In this document: in pieces, positions 56,165 to 64,000 of the stretch
Position numbering within the stretch: the first letter of the stretch is position 1
Layout: the number at the start of each line of letters is the position of its first letter
IMG/VR virus record: IMGVR_UViG_3300014031_000001
Coordinates: 1 to 64,000 of that record
Source: a virus
Taxonomy: Duplodnaviria > Caudoviricetes
Strand: one strand, 5' to 3'
DNA: 64,000 nt
The notes under the pieces: model-generated
Databases searched by the model: none
What the model was told of the DNA's origin: nothing
The model's input: only the letters and a program-made list of their open reading frames with translations
Position numbers and translations under genes: made by a program

Positions 56165-57025
56165 TTAAACTTCATCCCCAAGGATAGCGGCCTGGAATTC
56201 TTCTGAGGCGTTAAGCGTGCGCGAGTCGAGTCTAGCTGCGACCTCACCAAGCTTCGTCGTACCACCTGTCAATTCCAGCGCCTTCTCGACAATCACAAGG
56301 TCTTGGTTGATCAGCGTTGCGAGTTTTTCCTCGAATTCGCCGAAAGAACGCGGCATCTCGCTTAGCCCCATCTCCACCTGGCGGTAGAGCAGTCGCGTAG
56401 CGTGAGCCCGCTTCCTGTGCCCCTTGTTCTCCGAGTGGAGATGAAGCATTGCAGAAGCAACTTTTTCGCGAAGCTGTCGATCGGCCATTCCGACCTCAGC
56501 AGACGCATCTTTTTCCATAGGGTTCTGTCCCCGAGTATGTCGGAAGTCCCGAACCTTTTCTAAACCTTTTTCTAGACCATACCCGATAATAAACGGTTCG
56601 CTGACATCCCGCAATTTCGTAAGCGGTGCCAAGGCCGAAGCGCGTTCAACATCTTTGTGGAGCTTGTCGCCCCAGGGGAGCTTCTCGGTCGTGCGAAAGA
56701 GCTTCTTGCCGACCAGCGGGATCTTCGAGAGAACGTGCCCCGCGCCGATGTCAGCCATCAGCGCCGGCTTGCTTACGTACTTCCACAGGGCGTCGTCGAC
56801 CTTGCCCTTGCCGAGCAGCTTTTCGGCGGCCCAAATAGCAGGAGTTGCCAGCAGCGAGTCAGGCCCGCCGCTGTGGGTCGCCTGGTGCTTGTAGCCGGCC
56901 AGCGCCTTCATGTGGTCGGGGTCGCCGACCGCCTTGGCGAAAAACTTGGGCACGTGCTCGGCGGCCTGCGCCACCTGGTGGCCAAGGCCCTTGAGTAGGG
57001 CGGTCTTGGAGGACTCTTTCTGCAC
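56165..57025 (-). CDS. putative head assembly/scaffold-associated protein
   Basis: SKTA, EKDA and EKVA sites; head operon. Confidence 0.55.
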   Translation of the reverse strand: MQKESSKTALLKGLGHQVAQAAEHVPKFFAKAVGDPDHMKALAGYKHQATHSGGPDSLLATPAIWAAEKLLGKGKVDDALWKYVSKPALMADIGAGHVLSKIPLVGKKLFRTTEKLPWGDKLHKDVERASALAPLTKLRDVSEPFIIGYGLEKGLEKVRDFRHTRGQNPMEKDASAEVGMADRQLREKVASAMLHLHSENKGHRKRAHATRLLYRQVEMGLSEMPRSFGEFEEKLATLINQDLVIVEKALELTGGTTKLGEVAARLDSRTLNASEEFQAAILGDEV

Positions 57026-57034
57026 GATCCCTCG

Positions 57035-57583
57035 TTATTCGCCCGACTGGCCGCGGCGGTAGCCTTCGACAAAGCCCAAGGCGGCGCCTTCGCGGCGGCC
57101 CTCGTCTTTGCCCTTCTTCTTACCGCGCGAGTGCCCGACGGCACCTGCCGTCAGAAGGCCGGCGGCGCCGCCGGCGAGCCAGGGGGCAGCGCGCGCGAGG
57201 TTGGACTTCTGAGCGCCGGCCGTCTTGTCGAATTGGGCCTGGATCGCCTCGTCCGAATGCCCGGCGGCGCGCGCCTTCTCTTCAAACTGCGCCATCTTTA
57301 CGAGCAGCGGCAGGTTGGCCAGCGTGTCGTTGATGGCCGTCGCCCAGGCGACCTTCTCGCTTAGGGTCTCGAGGGCGTCGTCGCCGGCGGGGTCCGCCAA
57401 GTCGGGGGCTGCGACCTTCGCGGTGCCAAGAGGTGTACGAATCTGCTCGGCAAGCTTGAAGATGTCGTCATCGGCGAACTCGGGCTTCGCTCTTTGGGCC
57501 GCGGCCGTCTTGCTGTGGCCGCCGGCGCGCGTTTCCACAAGCAGGTCAGCTTCCGCGAGGAGCTGCTCCAGCGTCTGTGCCAT
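57035..57583 (-). CDS. putative internal head/scaffold protein
   Basis: GAGG RBS; SKTA, AKVA, EKVA, VKMA, DKTA. Confidence 0.6.
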   Translation of the reverse strand: MAQTLEQLLAEADLLVETRAGGHSKTAAAQRAKPEFADDDIFKLAEQIRTPLGTAKVAAPDLADPAGDDALETLSEKVAWATAINDTLANLPLLVKMAQFEEKARAAGHSDEAIQAQFDKTAGAQKSNLARAAPWLAGGAAGLLTAGAVGHSRGKKKGKDEGRREGAALGFVEGYRRGQSGE

Positions 57584-57643
57584 GTCGTCCTCGATGGTGG
57601 GGGAAGAAAGGCCGGGACCGCACGGTCCCGGCCAGGCGAGAAC

Positions 57644-58384
57644 TTAGTCTTCTTTTTTGCCGAAGTAGCGGCTGGCACCGTAGCCAGCACCGCCGGCCGC
57701 GGCGACGCCGCCTGCGACGGGGGCCATCTTCTTGGCGCCCGAAGCCGCCAAGGCGAGCCGCGAGCCGCGGTCCATCTTGCCGACCATGTGCTCAGTGTTG
57801 CCGGTCACGGCGCGGCCGACTTCCTTGGCACCGGTGCCGGCCCTCGAGACCGCGCCGCGAACGGCGTCGCCGGCGCGCTGCGCGCCCTGGCGGGTTGCCG
57901 CGAACGCATCAGCGCCGTGCGCCTTCACCCGGTTTTTCGCTTGGCCGAGGGCGTTGCGGAAAACCTTGAGGGCCGAGTCGGCGCCAGCCGCCGCGACCTT
58001 CTGCTCGAGGTAGGGGTAGAGGTAGTGAAGCTGGTCGCCATGCTCCGAGGCGCCCTTCTCCATCAGGGAGTCGAGCGTGCCGCGCGCGATGAGCTTGCCG
58101 AGCTCGGAGGCGCTTTTTTCGGACTCGGGGTCCATCTTGCCTTCGTGCTCTTCTTTTTCTTCGTGCTCTTCCTTGTCCTTGGCGGCGAAGGGGTTTTCCT
58201 TCTTCTCGTCTTCGGAGGCGGTCTTGTTGAGCTGGTCGACGATCGCCGTGGCGATGACGTCGTAGCCCTGCTGGTACATTTCGTTGGCAAGGGCAACGCG
58301 CTCGGCAGCAATTTTTTCCACATCATCGCCGAAGTTCGTCTTAACGAGACGTTGATCTTCGGGCGACAGGTCTTGAAAACGCAT
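57644..58384 (-). CDS. putative internal head/scaffold protein
   Basis: GGAG RBS; EKIA, NKTA, EKSA, QKVA. Confidence 0.6.
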   Translation of the reverse strand: MRFQDLSPEDQRLVKTNFGDDVEKIAAERVALANEMYQQGYDVIATAIVDQLNKTASEDEKKENPFAAKDKEEHEEKEEHEGKMDPESEKSASELGKLIARGTLDSLMEKGASEHGDQLHYLYPYLEQKVAAAGADSALKVFRNALGQAKNRVKAHGADAFAATRQGAQRAGDAVRGAVSRAGTGAKEVGRAVTGNTEHMVGKMDRGSRLALAASGAKKMAPVAGGVAAAGGAGYGASRYFGKKED

Positions 58385-58448
58385 GACTATCTCCCAGGAT
58401 AATTAGTGGTTCGTGACAGAGGCTCTCAGAGAAGCGGCACCGCGCAGC

Positions 58449-59015
58449 TTACCTGGTAAGCTGGCTCAGGATCATGTGCTTACGGACCGCGGCGGCCGTC
58501 TTCTGGCTCGAGACCGGGGTCGACTCGTAGTGGCCGACGGTCCGGCTGTCGTTGAGCTTCTTCACTTCGTCCGTGTACTCGGGCGTCGTGTCGATGGCCT
58601 GGCCGCCTTGGCCGGCGTAGTTGCTCGGCTGGGACTGCTCAGGGCGCGTGTCGCTGTGAACGTTGCCCTTGCCCATCTTGGCGACGGGGCCGAGCACTTC
58701 GGAGGCGATCTTGTCCATCGCTTGATCGAAGTAGTAGCCGAAGTAGTCGTGGGCGCGGGCGCCTAGAGCTTCCTGGTAGCTCGCCACTTTGTCTTCTTCG
58801 GCGCTTTTTTCGGTGCCGAAGGTGTCGTCGCCGCCGAAGAACTCGCCGTAGAGCCCCTCCAGGCTGCCAGCGGTCTTTTCCGTACCGACGTCATCGGTCA
58901 GGCCGATTTCGGTCGCCAACGTCTCGAGCGCCGGATCATAGGTCTCCGTCTGGCTCGCCACTTTGGTTTCGCCGAGCAGGTCCATGTCATCCATCAATTC
59001 TTGCAACGTAGGCAT
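58449..59015 (-). CDS. acidic putative scaffold protein
   Basis: GGAGG RBS; TKVA, EKTA, EKSA, DKVA, DKIA, QKTA. Confidence 0.6.
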   Translation of the reverse strand: MPTLQELMDDMDLLGETKVASQTETYDPALETLATEIGLTDDVGTEKTAGSLEGLYGEFFGGDDTFGTEKSAEEDKVASYQEALGARAHDYFGYYFDQAMDKIASEVLGPVAKMGKGNVHSDTRPEQSQPSNYAGQGGQAIDTTPEYTDEVKKLNDSRTVGHYESTPVSSQKTAAAVRKHMILSQLTR

Positions 59016-59039
59016 TCGTTCCCCTCCGAAAAGTTGAGT

Positions 59040-62000
59040 TTAGGCCTGCGGCACACGCGGTGCCGACGGACCTTTGTTTCTTTCGACCAGCTTCTGACCT
59101 GCTGCGAGGACAGCCTGATCAAACAAACCACCGACAATCTTGCCGGGGAGTGCCGACGATCCGCGCGCGAAGGCCAGCGGCCACACGAGCGCCTGCGTCA
59201 ACACGTCCTCGACCGCTGCCACCTTGGTCAGGGAGGAGGAGCTTGCCCACCGCTTGGCAAGGTCGACGCCTTTGCTGCCCATCGTGCGCAGCGCGGGGCC
59301 GACCTTCTGCAGGTGCGGGTGTGTTCCCTTCCCTCTCAAGTGCAGCATTGCATCGGCAATCAGAGCACCGCTAACGACGTCGGGGTTCAAACGGAAAAAC
59401 CGCTTGAGTTGGCCCTCTTCTTCGTTGGGGTTGAGCTCTCGATGCTTCTGCAACATCCCTGAACCTACATAAGCCCCGACAGGGCCTATAATCAGCCGAT
59501 TCATCAAAGGTGAGCTTGGAAACGCCACCTTATACATCGGCTTTTGCTTATGCTCTTCGATCCGGTCGTAGACGTCTTTGTTGGTGTCGGGGCTCTCGAC
59601 GCCGGGCTGCGCGTACTGCCCTTTCGCCTTGTCGCCCACGATTTTATTGAAAATAGCCGCAAGGCCGATGCCAAGCGCGGCCGCAAGCGGCGCGTGCTCT
59701 CCAACGACTTTATCGATACCGGACAGCGCCTCGCGCGGACCGCTCTTTGCTGCTGCGGCGTAAAGGCCAGCAGCAAGCATCATCATTGGCAATAGACCTA
59801 TGGGTTTTCTTTCCCGTTCATTATTGTCCGCGGCGAGCTTTTCCTCAAGCGCCTTGGCGTTCGTGGCGTTGATGAATGTCGGCAGAGGCTGGCGCGCGCC
59901 GCCCTCTTTGATCAGAATAAAAAGCCGCTTGCCAAGCGGCGGGGCGAGGTAGCTGCGATCGGCCAGAAACGGCTGCAGCAGCGAGAAGATCGATGGGTCA
60001 AAGCGCCGGTAGTCCATACCGACAGCTTGCGTCTGTGCCAGCGTCGGCTCGTCGACCAGCCCGGGGTCAAAGCAGCAGCCCATCTGGTCGAGCTGATCGG
60101 CCAGGCCGGGGCGCCCCATCTTGCGCAGGACGATCCTCTGAAACTCTTGGGGTTTCAAAAGCATGCCGCTCAGGGCGGTCGTGGACAGCAGCTCCGGCAG
60201 AGGCGCGCGCGCCAGCTGGTCCAAGGTCTGGCGCGGCAGGGAGGGCTCGTAGGACTTCACCTCGCGGATGCCGTCGGCCAGATCCTTCAGCGCCTCCTGG
60301 CTGAAAGGCGGCTCGTCGGCCGGGATCTCTTTTTCGATCGTCGCGGCCTTGTCGGCCACCGCCATCTTCTCGGCCAAAAGCGCGGAACTCGGCACGATGA
60401 CGCCCCCGGGGGTCGAGGTGTGCGCCACCTTCATCAAAGTCTTGGCGATGCGGTCGGCGCCGATGAAGACGATGCTGATATCGTGAAAGCGCGGGAACGT
60501 GTTGAGGACGTAGACGACCTTGTTGTACTTCGGGTGCCAGCGGCCAAGGTAGTAGCGGGCGCACTCGCAGTACTGCTTTCTCGTCGGCGCTTTGTTGCCG
60601 CAGCAGTTACAGACGTCGTAGGGGACGCGGCAGTTGTGCAGCGCGACGCCGTTGACCACGTACGAGTCGCTGTCGTAGGTTTCCGACCTAATGGCGACGT
60701 TGTAGACCGGCTCGTCGCAGACCTCGGTGCTGATCGCCACGATGGGGGACCAAAGATGTCCGTCGTAGATAAAGCGGTGGTTTTTCACCATTTTATTGGG
60801 GCCAGCGAGCTTGCGCGTTTTAAACGAGTAGCCCTTGAGCGCCGGCGCGGTGTCGCGCCCGACCCAAATCTGGTACTCGACCGTGTCCTTAAAGACCGCG
60901 GTCGAGGGCTTGTGCAAGTTGACGTTCATGGACGAGATGCAGCCTAGGCGCAGCAGCACCATCTGCACCTGGCCAGCCAAGTGGCGGTTGCACGTCGAGA
61001 AGTAGACGGCGTCCTTGTAAACGCCCCCGTCGCCGTCACAGTAGGCGCCAAGCAGAATCTTCTGGGACTCAACGTCCCAGCGCATAGCGGTCGCCGACAG
61101 CCGTTTCGTGCCGGCACCCCGCCCGGCGTGAGTGTCCACGTAGCGCGCGAGCGCTTTGTCGTAGATGTTGATCCTGGCGGCGTTGGTACTGTTGGTGCGG
61201 GGCGTCCACTTGATGCTCACGTCGGGAAAGTACGACGCCAGCTTATCGAGCAGCTGGCCCTCCGCCGCATTGACGTTAAGCTCGATATAGCCATCGGCGG
61301 TGATGTGCCCTTCAGCCAGGTAAAGGCCGAGAAGGTACGCCATCCTAGGCTCGGGTACTTCGCTGATCCCTTGAATCACCGGGGTGGCCACGTAGTCGCC
61401 CAGCTCAAGCTCGGCCGCGGGCTTCCACACCTTGGCGTACTGCCGCGCTTCTTCTGGGCAGGCGACGCAGCCCTTTTTTTGGCCCCTGTTTGGCAGGCAC
61501 AGGTTGATACGCCGGCTTTTGTTGTTCGGATTACCCGAGCACTCCGTCTCCTTGGCGGGGATGACAAGCCACGGGTGCTCTTCCGTCGTGGGCTCGAGCT
61601 CGGCACTGTGCATGCCTAACACGGTGACGTGGTACCACGTGCCCTTGTGGTGGTGGCTGTGGGGGTAGTCGACCTCAGAAATCCCACCGAGGCCGTTAAC
61701 CACGCGGTCGCCAGGTTGCAGCTCGGACACAGCCCTCGACGTGAAGTCTTCCAGAAGCACCGGAGCGTCGGCGCGTAAGCAGCCCATCGACCAATCTGGA
61801 TACTCGCCGTGCTCGATCTTTTTCACGACGTCGAGCGAGCCGGCGTTGTCCAAAAGGACGATCAGCTCGACCCGGTGATAGGTCGGGTTGTAGACGGCGA
61901 GCGCGACGGTGCCGAAGCTCGCGGTCGGGTCCTTGTTGACGTGGTGCTTGTAGATTTTGGCGTTGGTCTCGAACGTGCGAAAGCCGTACTGGGGGCCGTC

Positions 62001-62243
62001 AAAGGCCAGGCCCGCCTCGGTGAAGTAGTCGCCATTGACGTTGTGGCCCCACCACTCTCCGGCGCCAAGTGCGGTGATCAGTAGCTGCGTCTTGCCCTTG
62101 ATGGGCTTGGCGGCGTGGATGTAGGCGGCGATCGTCGGGTGATACTCGGCAGCCGTCTTCTCCAGAAAACGATGCTCGGCGTCGATCACGTAGGTGAAGA
62201 CGCCGCGGTCGGTCTTGCCGGGGAAAAGAAGGAGCTTATCCAT
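59040..62243 (-). CDS. putative prohead maturation protease precursor containing an intein
   Basis: N.NGD.F, Y.HH.NKD, spliced WSMG/CRVPYDVCNCCG, P.F.DIS.V..GAD..AK; upstream of scaffold and MCP genes. Confidence 0.75.
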   Translation of the reverse strand: MDKLLLFPGKTDRGVFTYVIDAEHRFLEKTAAEYHPTIAAYIHAAKPIKGKTQLLITALGAGEWWGHNVNGDYFTEAGLAFDGPQYGFRTFETNAKIYKHHVNKDPTASFGTVALAVYNPTYHRVELIVLLDNAGSLDVVKKIEHGEYPDWSMGCLRADAPVLLEDFTSRAVSELQPGDRVVNGLGGISEVDYPHSHHHKGTWYHVTVLGMHSAELEPTTEEHPWLVIPAKETECSGNPNNKSRRINLCLPNRGQKKGCVACPEEARQYAKVWKPAAELELGDYVATPVIQGISEVPEPRMAYLLGLYLAEGHITADGYIELNVNAAEGQLLDKLASYFPDVSIKWTPRTNSTNAARINIYDKALARYVDTHAGRGAGTKRLSATAMRWDVESQKILLGAYCDGDGGVYKDAVYFSTCNRHLAGQVQMVLLRLGCISSMNVNLHKPSTAVFKDTVEYQIWVGRDTAPALKGYSFKTRKLAGPNKMVKNHRFIYDGHLWSPIVAISTEVCDEPVYNVAIRSETYDSDSYVVNGVALHNCRVPYDVCNCCGNKAPTRKQYCECARYYLGRWHPKYNKVVYVLNTFPRFHDISIVFIGADRIAKTLMKVAHTSTPGGVIVPSSALLAEKMAVADKAATIEKEIPADEPPFSQEALKDLADGIREVKSYEPSLPRQTLDQLARAPLPELLSTTALSGMLLKPQEFQRIVLRKMGRPGLADQLDQMGCCFDPGLVDEPTLAQTQAVGMDYRRFDPSIFSLLQPFLADRSYLAPPLGKRLFILIKEGGARQPLPTFINATNAKALEEKLAADNNERERKPIGLLPMMMLAAGLYAAAAKSGPREALSGIDKVVGEHAPLAAALGIGLAAIFNKIVGDKAKGQYAQPGVESPDTNKDVYDRIEEHKQKPMYKVAFPSSPLMNRLIIGPVGAYVGSGMLQKHRELNPNEEEGQLKRFFRLNPDVVSGALIADAMLHLRGKGTHPHLQKVGPALRTMGSKGVDLAKRWASSSSLTKVAAVEDVLTQALVWPLAFARGSSALPGKIVGGLFDQAVLAAGQKLVERNKGPSAPRVPQA
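60633..61781 (-). mobile_element. intein with LAGLIDADG homing endonuclease (383 aa)
   Basis: Block A CLRADAPV, block B TTEEHPW, YLLGLYLAEG and LLGAYCDGDG, block F VYNVAI, block G VALHN followed by Cys+1. Confidence 0.95.
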
Positions 62244-62256
62244 GCGTCTGTGCTCG

Positions 62257-63369
62257 TTACGGCCTAGGGTGGAGGCTCGGCATAATTTCGCGGTTGAACT
62301 GCTTCACGTTTTCCACGAGGTGGCCGCCAAGCCCCATGGAGGCGGCGCCCGACGTGAAGCCTGCCATGAACGGCGACGGTCCGCCGGCCTGGCCGATGTT
62401 GCGCTCGATGTCGGTGAGGTCGCGCACGTCGGCCGTCTGGATGCCCATGTCGTAGGAGACGATCTTCTCCATGAAGGCGCGCGCCGCGTTGGGCTCGGTC
62501 GCCACGTGGGGGGCGAAGTGCACGAGGCTTTGGAAGGCCTGGAGTGCCTTGGCACGGTCGTTGTGCAGCGGCGACGTGTCGGGGTTGGCCATCTTCATGG
62601 CGGCCTCGAAGGTCTCCCGGTGGCGCTTCGCCATCGCCTCGGCGTTGCGGCCAGACATGGCGACGTTGAAGGCGCCGGCGCCGGCGGCGACCATCAGCGG
62701 GATGGCCGCGACGGTAAGGTGGGCGCCGAGCATGCGCTTGGTGGCGGCACCCACCTGGGCGACGCTGGCGGCTTCCTTCACCATGGTGAGCGCGTCGGCG
62801 TACATCTCGCCTAGGCGGCAGGCGGCGGTGACGTTGACCACGGCCGACGCCATCTTCTCACGGCCGAGGGCGGCCTTGAGCTTGGGGTCGGCGTAGCTCG
62901 CCTGCATCATCGCCAGCGACATGACGTCTTGGTCGGTAAAGCCGCCGTGCAGCTTCGCCTTCACCAGGCGCATCGAGAGGGCGCGATTGGCGGCGACCAG
63001 CGGGGCGAGCTCGGCCAGCTCGACAAAACGCGCCTGGGCCTTGTCCTTGTCCATGGCGAAATCCGCGTGGCCAAGGATGTGATCGCGGTTTTCGGTGATG
63101 GCCTTCATGGTGCCGGTGACCAGCATCCGCTGCTTCACCTTGTCTTCGGCATGCTCGAAGAGAGCGCCGGCGCCGAGGCCGGCAAAGCTACCCGCCAAGG
63201 AGCCGGCGGCGTTGCCGAAGAACTGCTCGCCCTTTGCCAGGAAGGCGTCGACCTTTGCGGGGTCCATCGCCGTCTTCAAGATCTCGCCGCAGTCGGCGTA
63301 GATCTTGATCATGGCGCGCTCGCTGATGATGCCGTCAGCCGCCAACTTCTCGACCCAGGAAATCTGCAT
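62257..63369 (-). CDS. putative internal head protein
   Basis: GAGGAG RBS before ATG 63369; EKLA, LKTA, EKMA, VKEA; two similar helical halves. Confidence 0.6.
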   Translation of the reverse strand: MQISWVEKLAADGIISERAMIKIYADCGEILKTAMDPAKVDAFLAKGEQFFGNAAGSLAGSFAGLGAGALFEHAEDKVKQRMLVTGTMKAITENRDHILGHADFAMDKDKAQARFVELAELAPLVAANRALSMRLVKAKLHGGFTDQDVMSLAMMQASYADPKLKAALGREKMASAVVNVTAACRLGEMYADALTMVKEAASVAQVGAATKRMLGAHLTVAAIPLMVAAGAGAFNVAMSGRNAEAMAKRHRETFEAAMKMANPDTSPLHNDRAKALQAFQSLVHFAPHVATEPNAARAFMEKIVSYDMGIQTADVRDLTDIERNIGQAGGPSPFMAGFTSGAASMGLGGHLVENVKQFNREIMPSLHPRP

Positions 63370-63379
63370 CAGCCTCTCC

Positions 63380-63589
63380 TCAGAACGTCTGCATTGGCCG
63401 CGCGGCGCGGGCCATGTTGTAGTAGAGGCCCTTGTTTTCGGTACCAGCTTTGGCGCCCTTGGCGGCGGCGCCGAGCATGTCGGCGCCCGTGCCGATCGCA
63501 CCGAGAGAGCCCACGACCTTGCCGAGGACGGTGCCGGCCGTGCCGAGCACGCCCGCCCTCTTTGAGAACCCCGCCCAAAATGGCGTCAT
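63380..63589 (-). CDS. small Gly/Ala-rich protein with FWAGFSKRA N-terminus
   Basis: TGATG coupling; motif. Confidence 0.65.
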   Translation of the reverse strand: MTPFWAGFSKRAGVLGTAGTVLGKVVGSLGAIGTGADMLGAAAKGAKAGTENKGLYYNMARAARPMQTF

Positions 63590-64000
63590 CAGAGGGCCCG
63601 AATTTTCTGACCCATGATGTGCAGGCGGTCGTCGATCGTTTGGTAGCGCTCACGGTGGAGATTCAAGGCGGCGCTGTAGCCGTGGTAGGTCTTGAGCGTG
63701 ATGTAGAGCGGGTGCTCGCCGTTCACGACTTCGGCGGGCAGGAAGCCGCTGATGAGCTCCTGGGGGGCCTTCTGGTCGGCGGTCTTCGTCAAGAAGAACT
63801 CGACCACCTGGTTGCCAAGCCGTGGCTCGACGAGGCCTTCCCCCTTGAGCACGTGCGCTAGCTTGCCAAGCGCCGGGCGCGCCAGGTCGGCCATGCCGGC
63901 CGCCTTCGTCATGTGATAGACCGTGCCGAGAAGCGACGTGCGCTCGGGGCCGCTGCCGCCGGAGAGGACCACCTGGCGGGCCTCCTTGATGAAGGCGCGC
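63589..64000 (-). CDS. 3' part of a head-region protein, truncated by window edge
   Basis: Frame open to the window end; TKAA and TKTA sites; VVNGEHP. Confidence 0.55.
   Translation of the reverse strand, partial: RAFIKEARQVVLSGGSGPERTSLLGTVYHMTKAAGMADLARPALGKLAHVLKGEGLVEPRLGNQVVEFFLTKTADQKAPQELISGFLPAEVVNGEHPLYITLKTYHGYSAALNLHRERYQTIDDRLHIMGQKIRAL

Noticed and set aside
1-64000. Stop-codon reassignment
   Set aside because: thyA, dnaN, Pif1, sheath and MCP are full length in the standard code, and TAG, TGA and TAA all end coupled genes

Overview
A gene-dense, GC-rich segment of a large tailed (myovirus-like) phage genome, read in the standard genetic code. There are two convergent halves. 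Bases 1 to ~43.2 kb (+ strand) carry accessory, nucleotide-metabolism and replication/recombination genes: thyA, beta clamp, SSB, Pif1 helicase, PD-(D/E)XK and DEDDh nucleases, a J-domain protein, a Fis-like HTH and a complete tmRNA. Bases ~43.4 to 64 kb (- strand) carry the virion module: tail tube and sheath, neck, SNF2 helicase, major capsid protein, scaffold/internal head proteins and an intein-containing prohead protease. The standout is at 20.4-22.75 kb. A lone RAMP/Cas7-like gene is followed by three arrays of 5-nt GGY-NN units, and each array is cut into 8-15-pentamer segments by a 4-nt GGAH unit. This looks like a non-CRISPR guide-RNA system and matches my recollection of the recently reported VIPR architecture. 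Other notable signals are a shared F-W-x-G-F-x-K-x-A peptide tag and pervasive K-x-A sites in head-region proteins (candidate packaging and maturation code), an antirepressor gene frameshifted by a 14-bp tandem repeat that also has a spare variant copy of its internal palindrome, and a parS-like site where the two halves meet. All family assignments come from motif recognition by eye; no database search was run.
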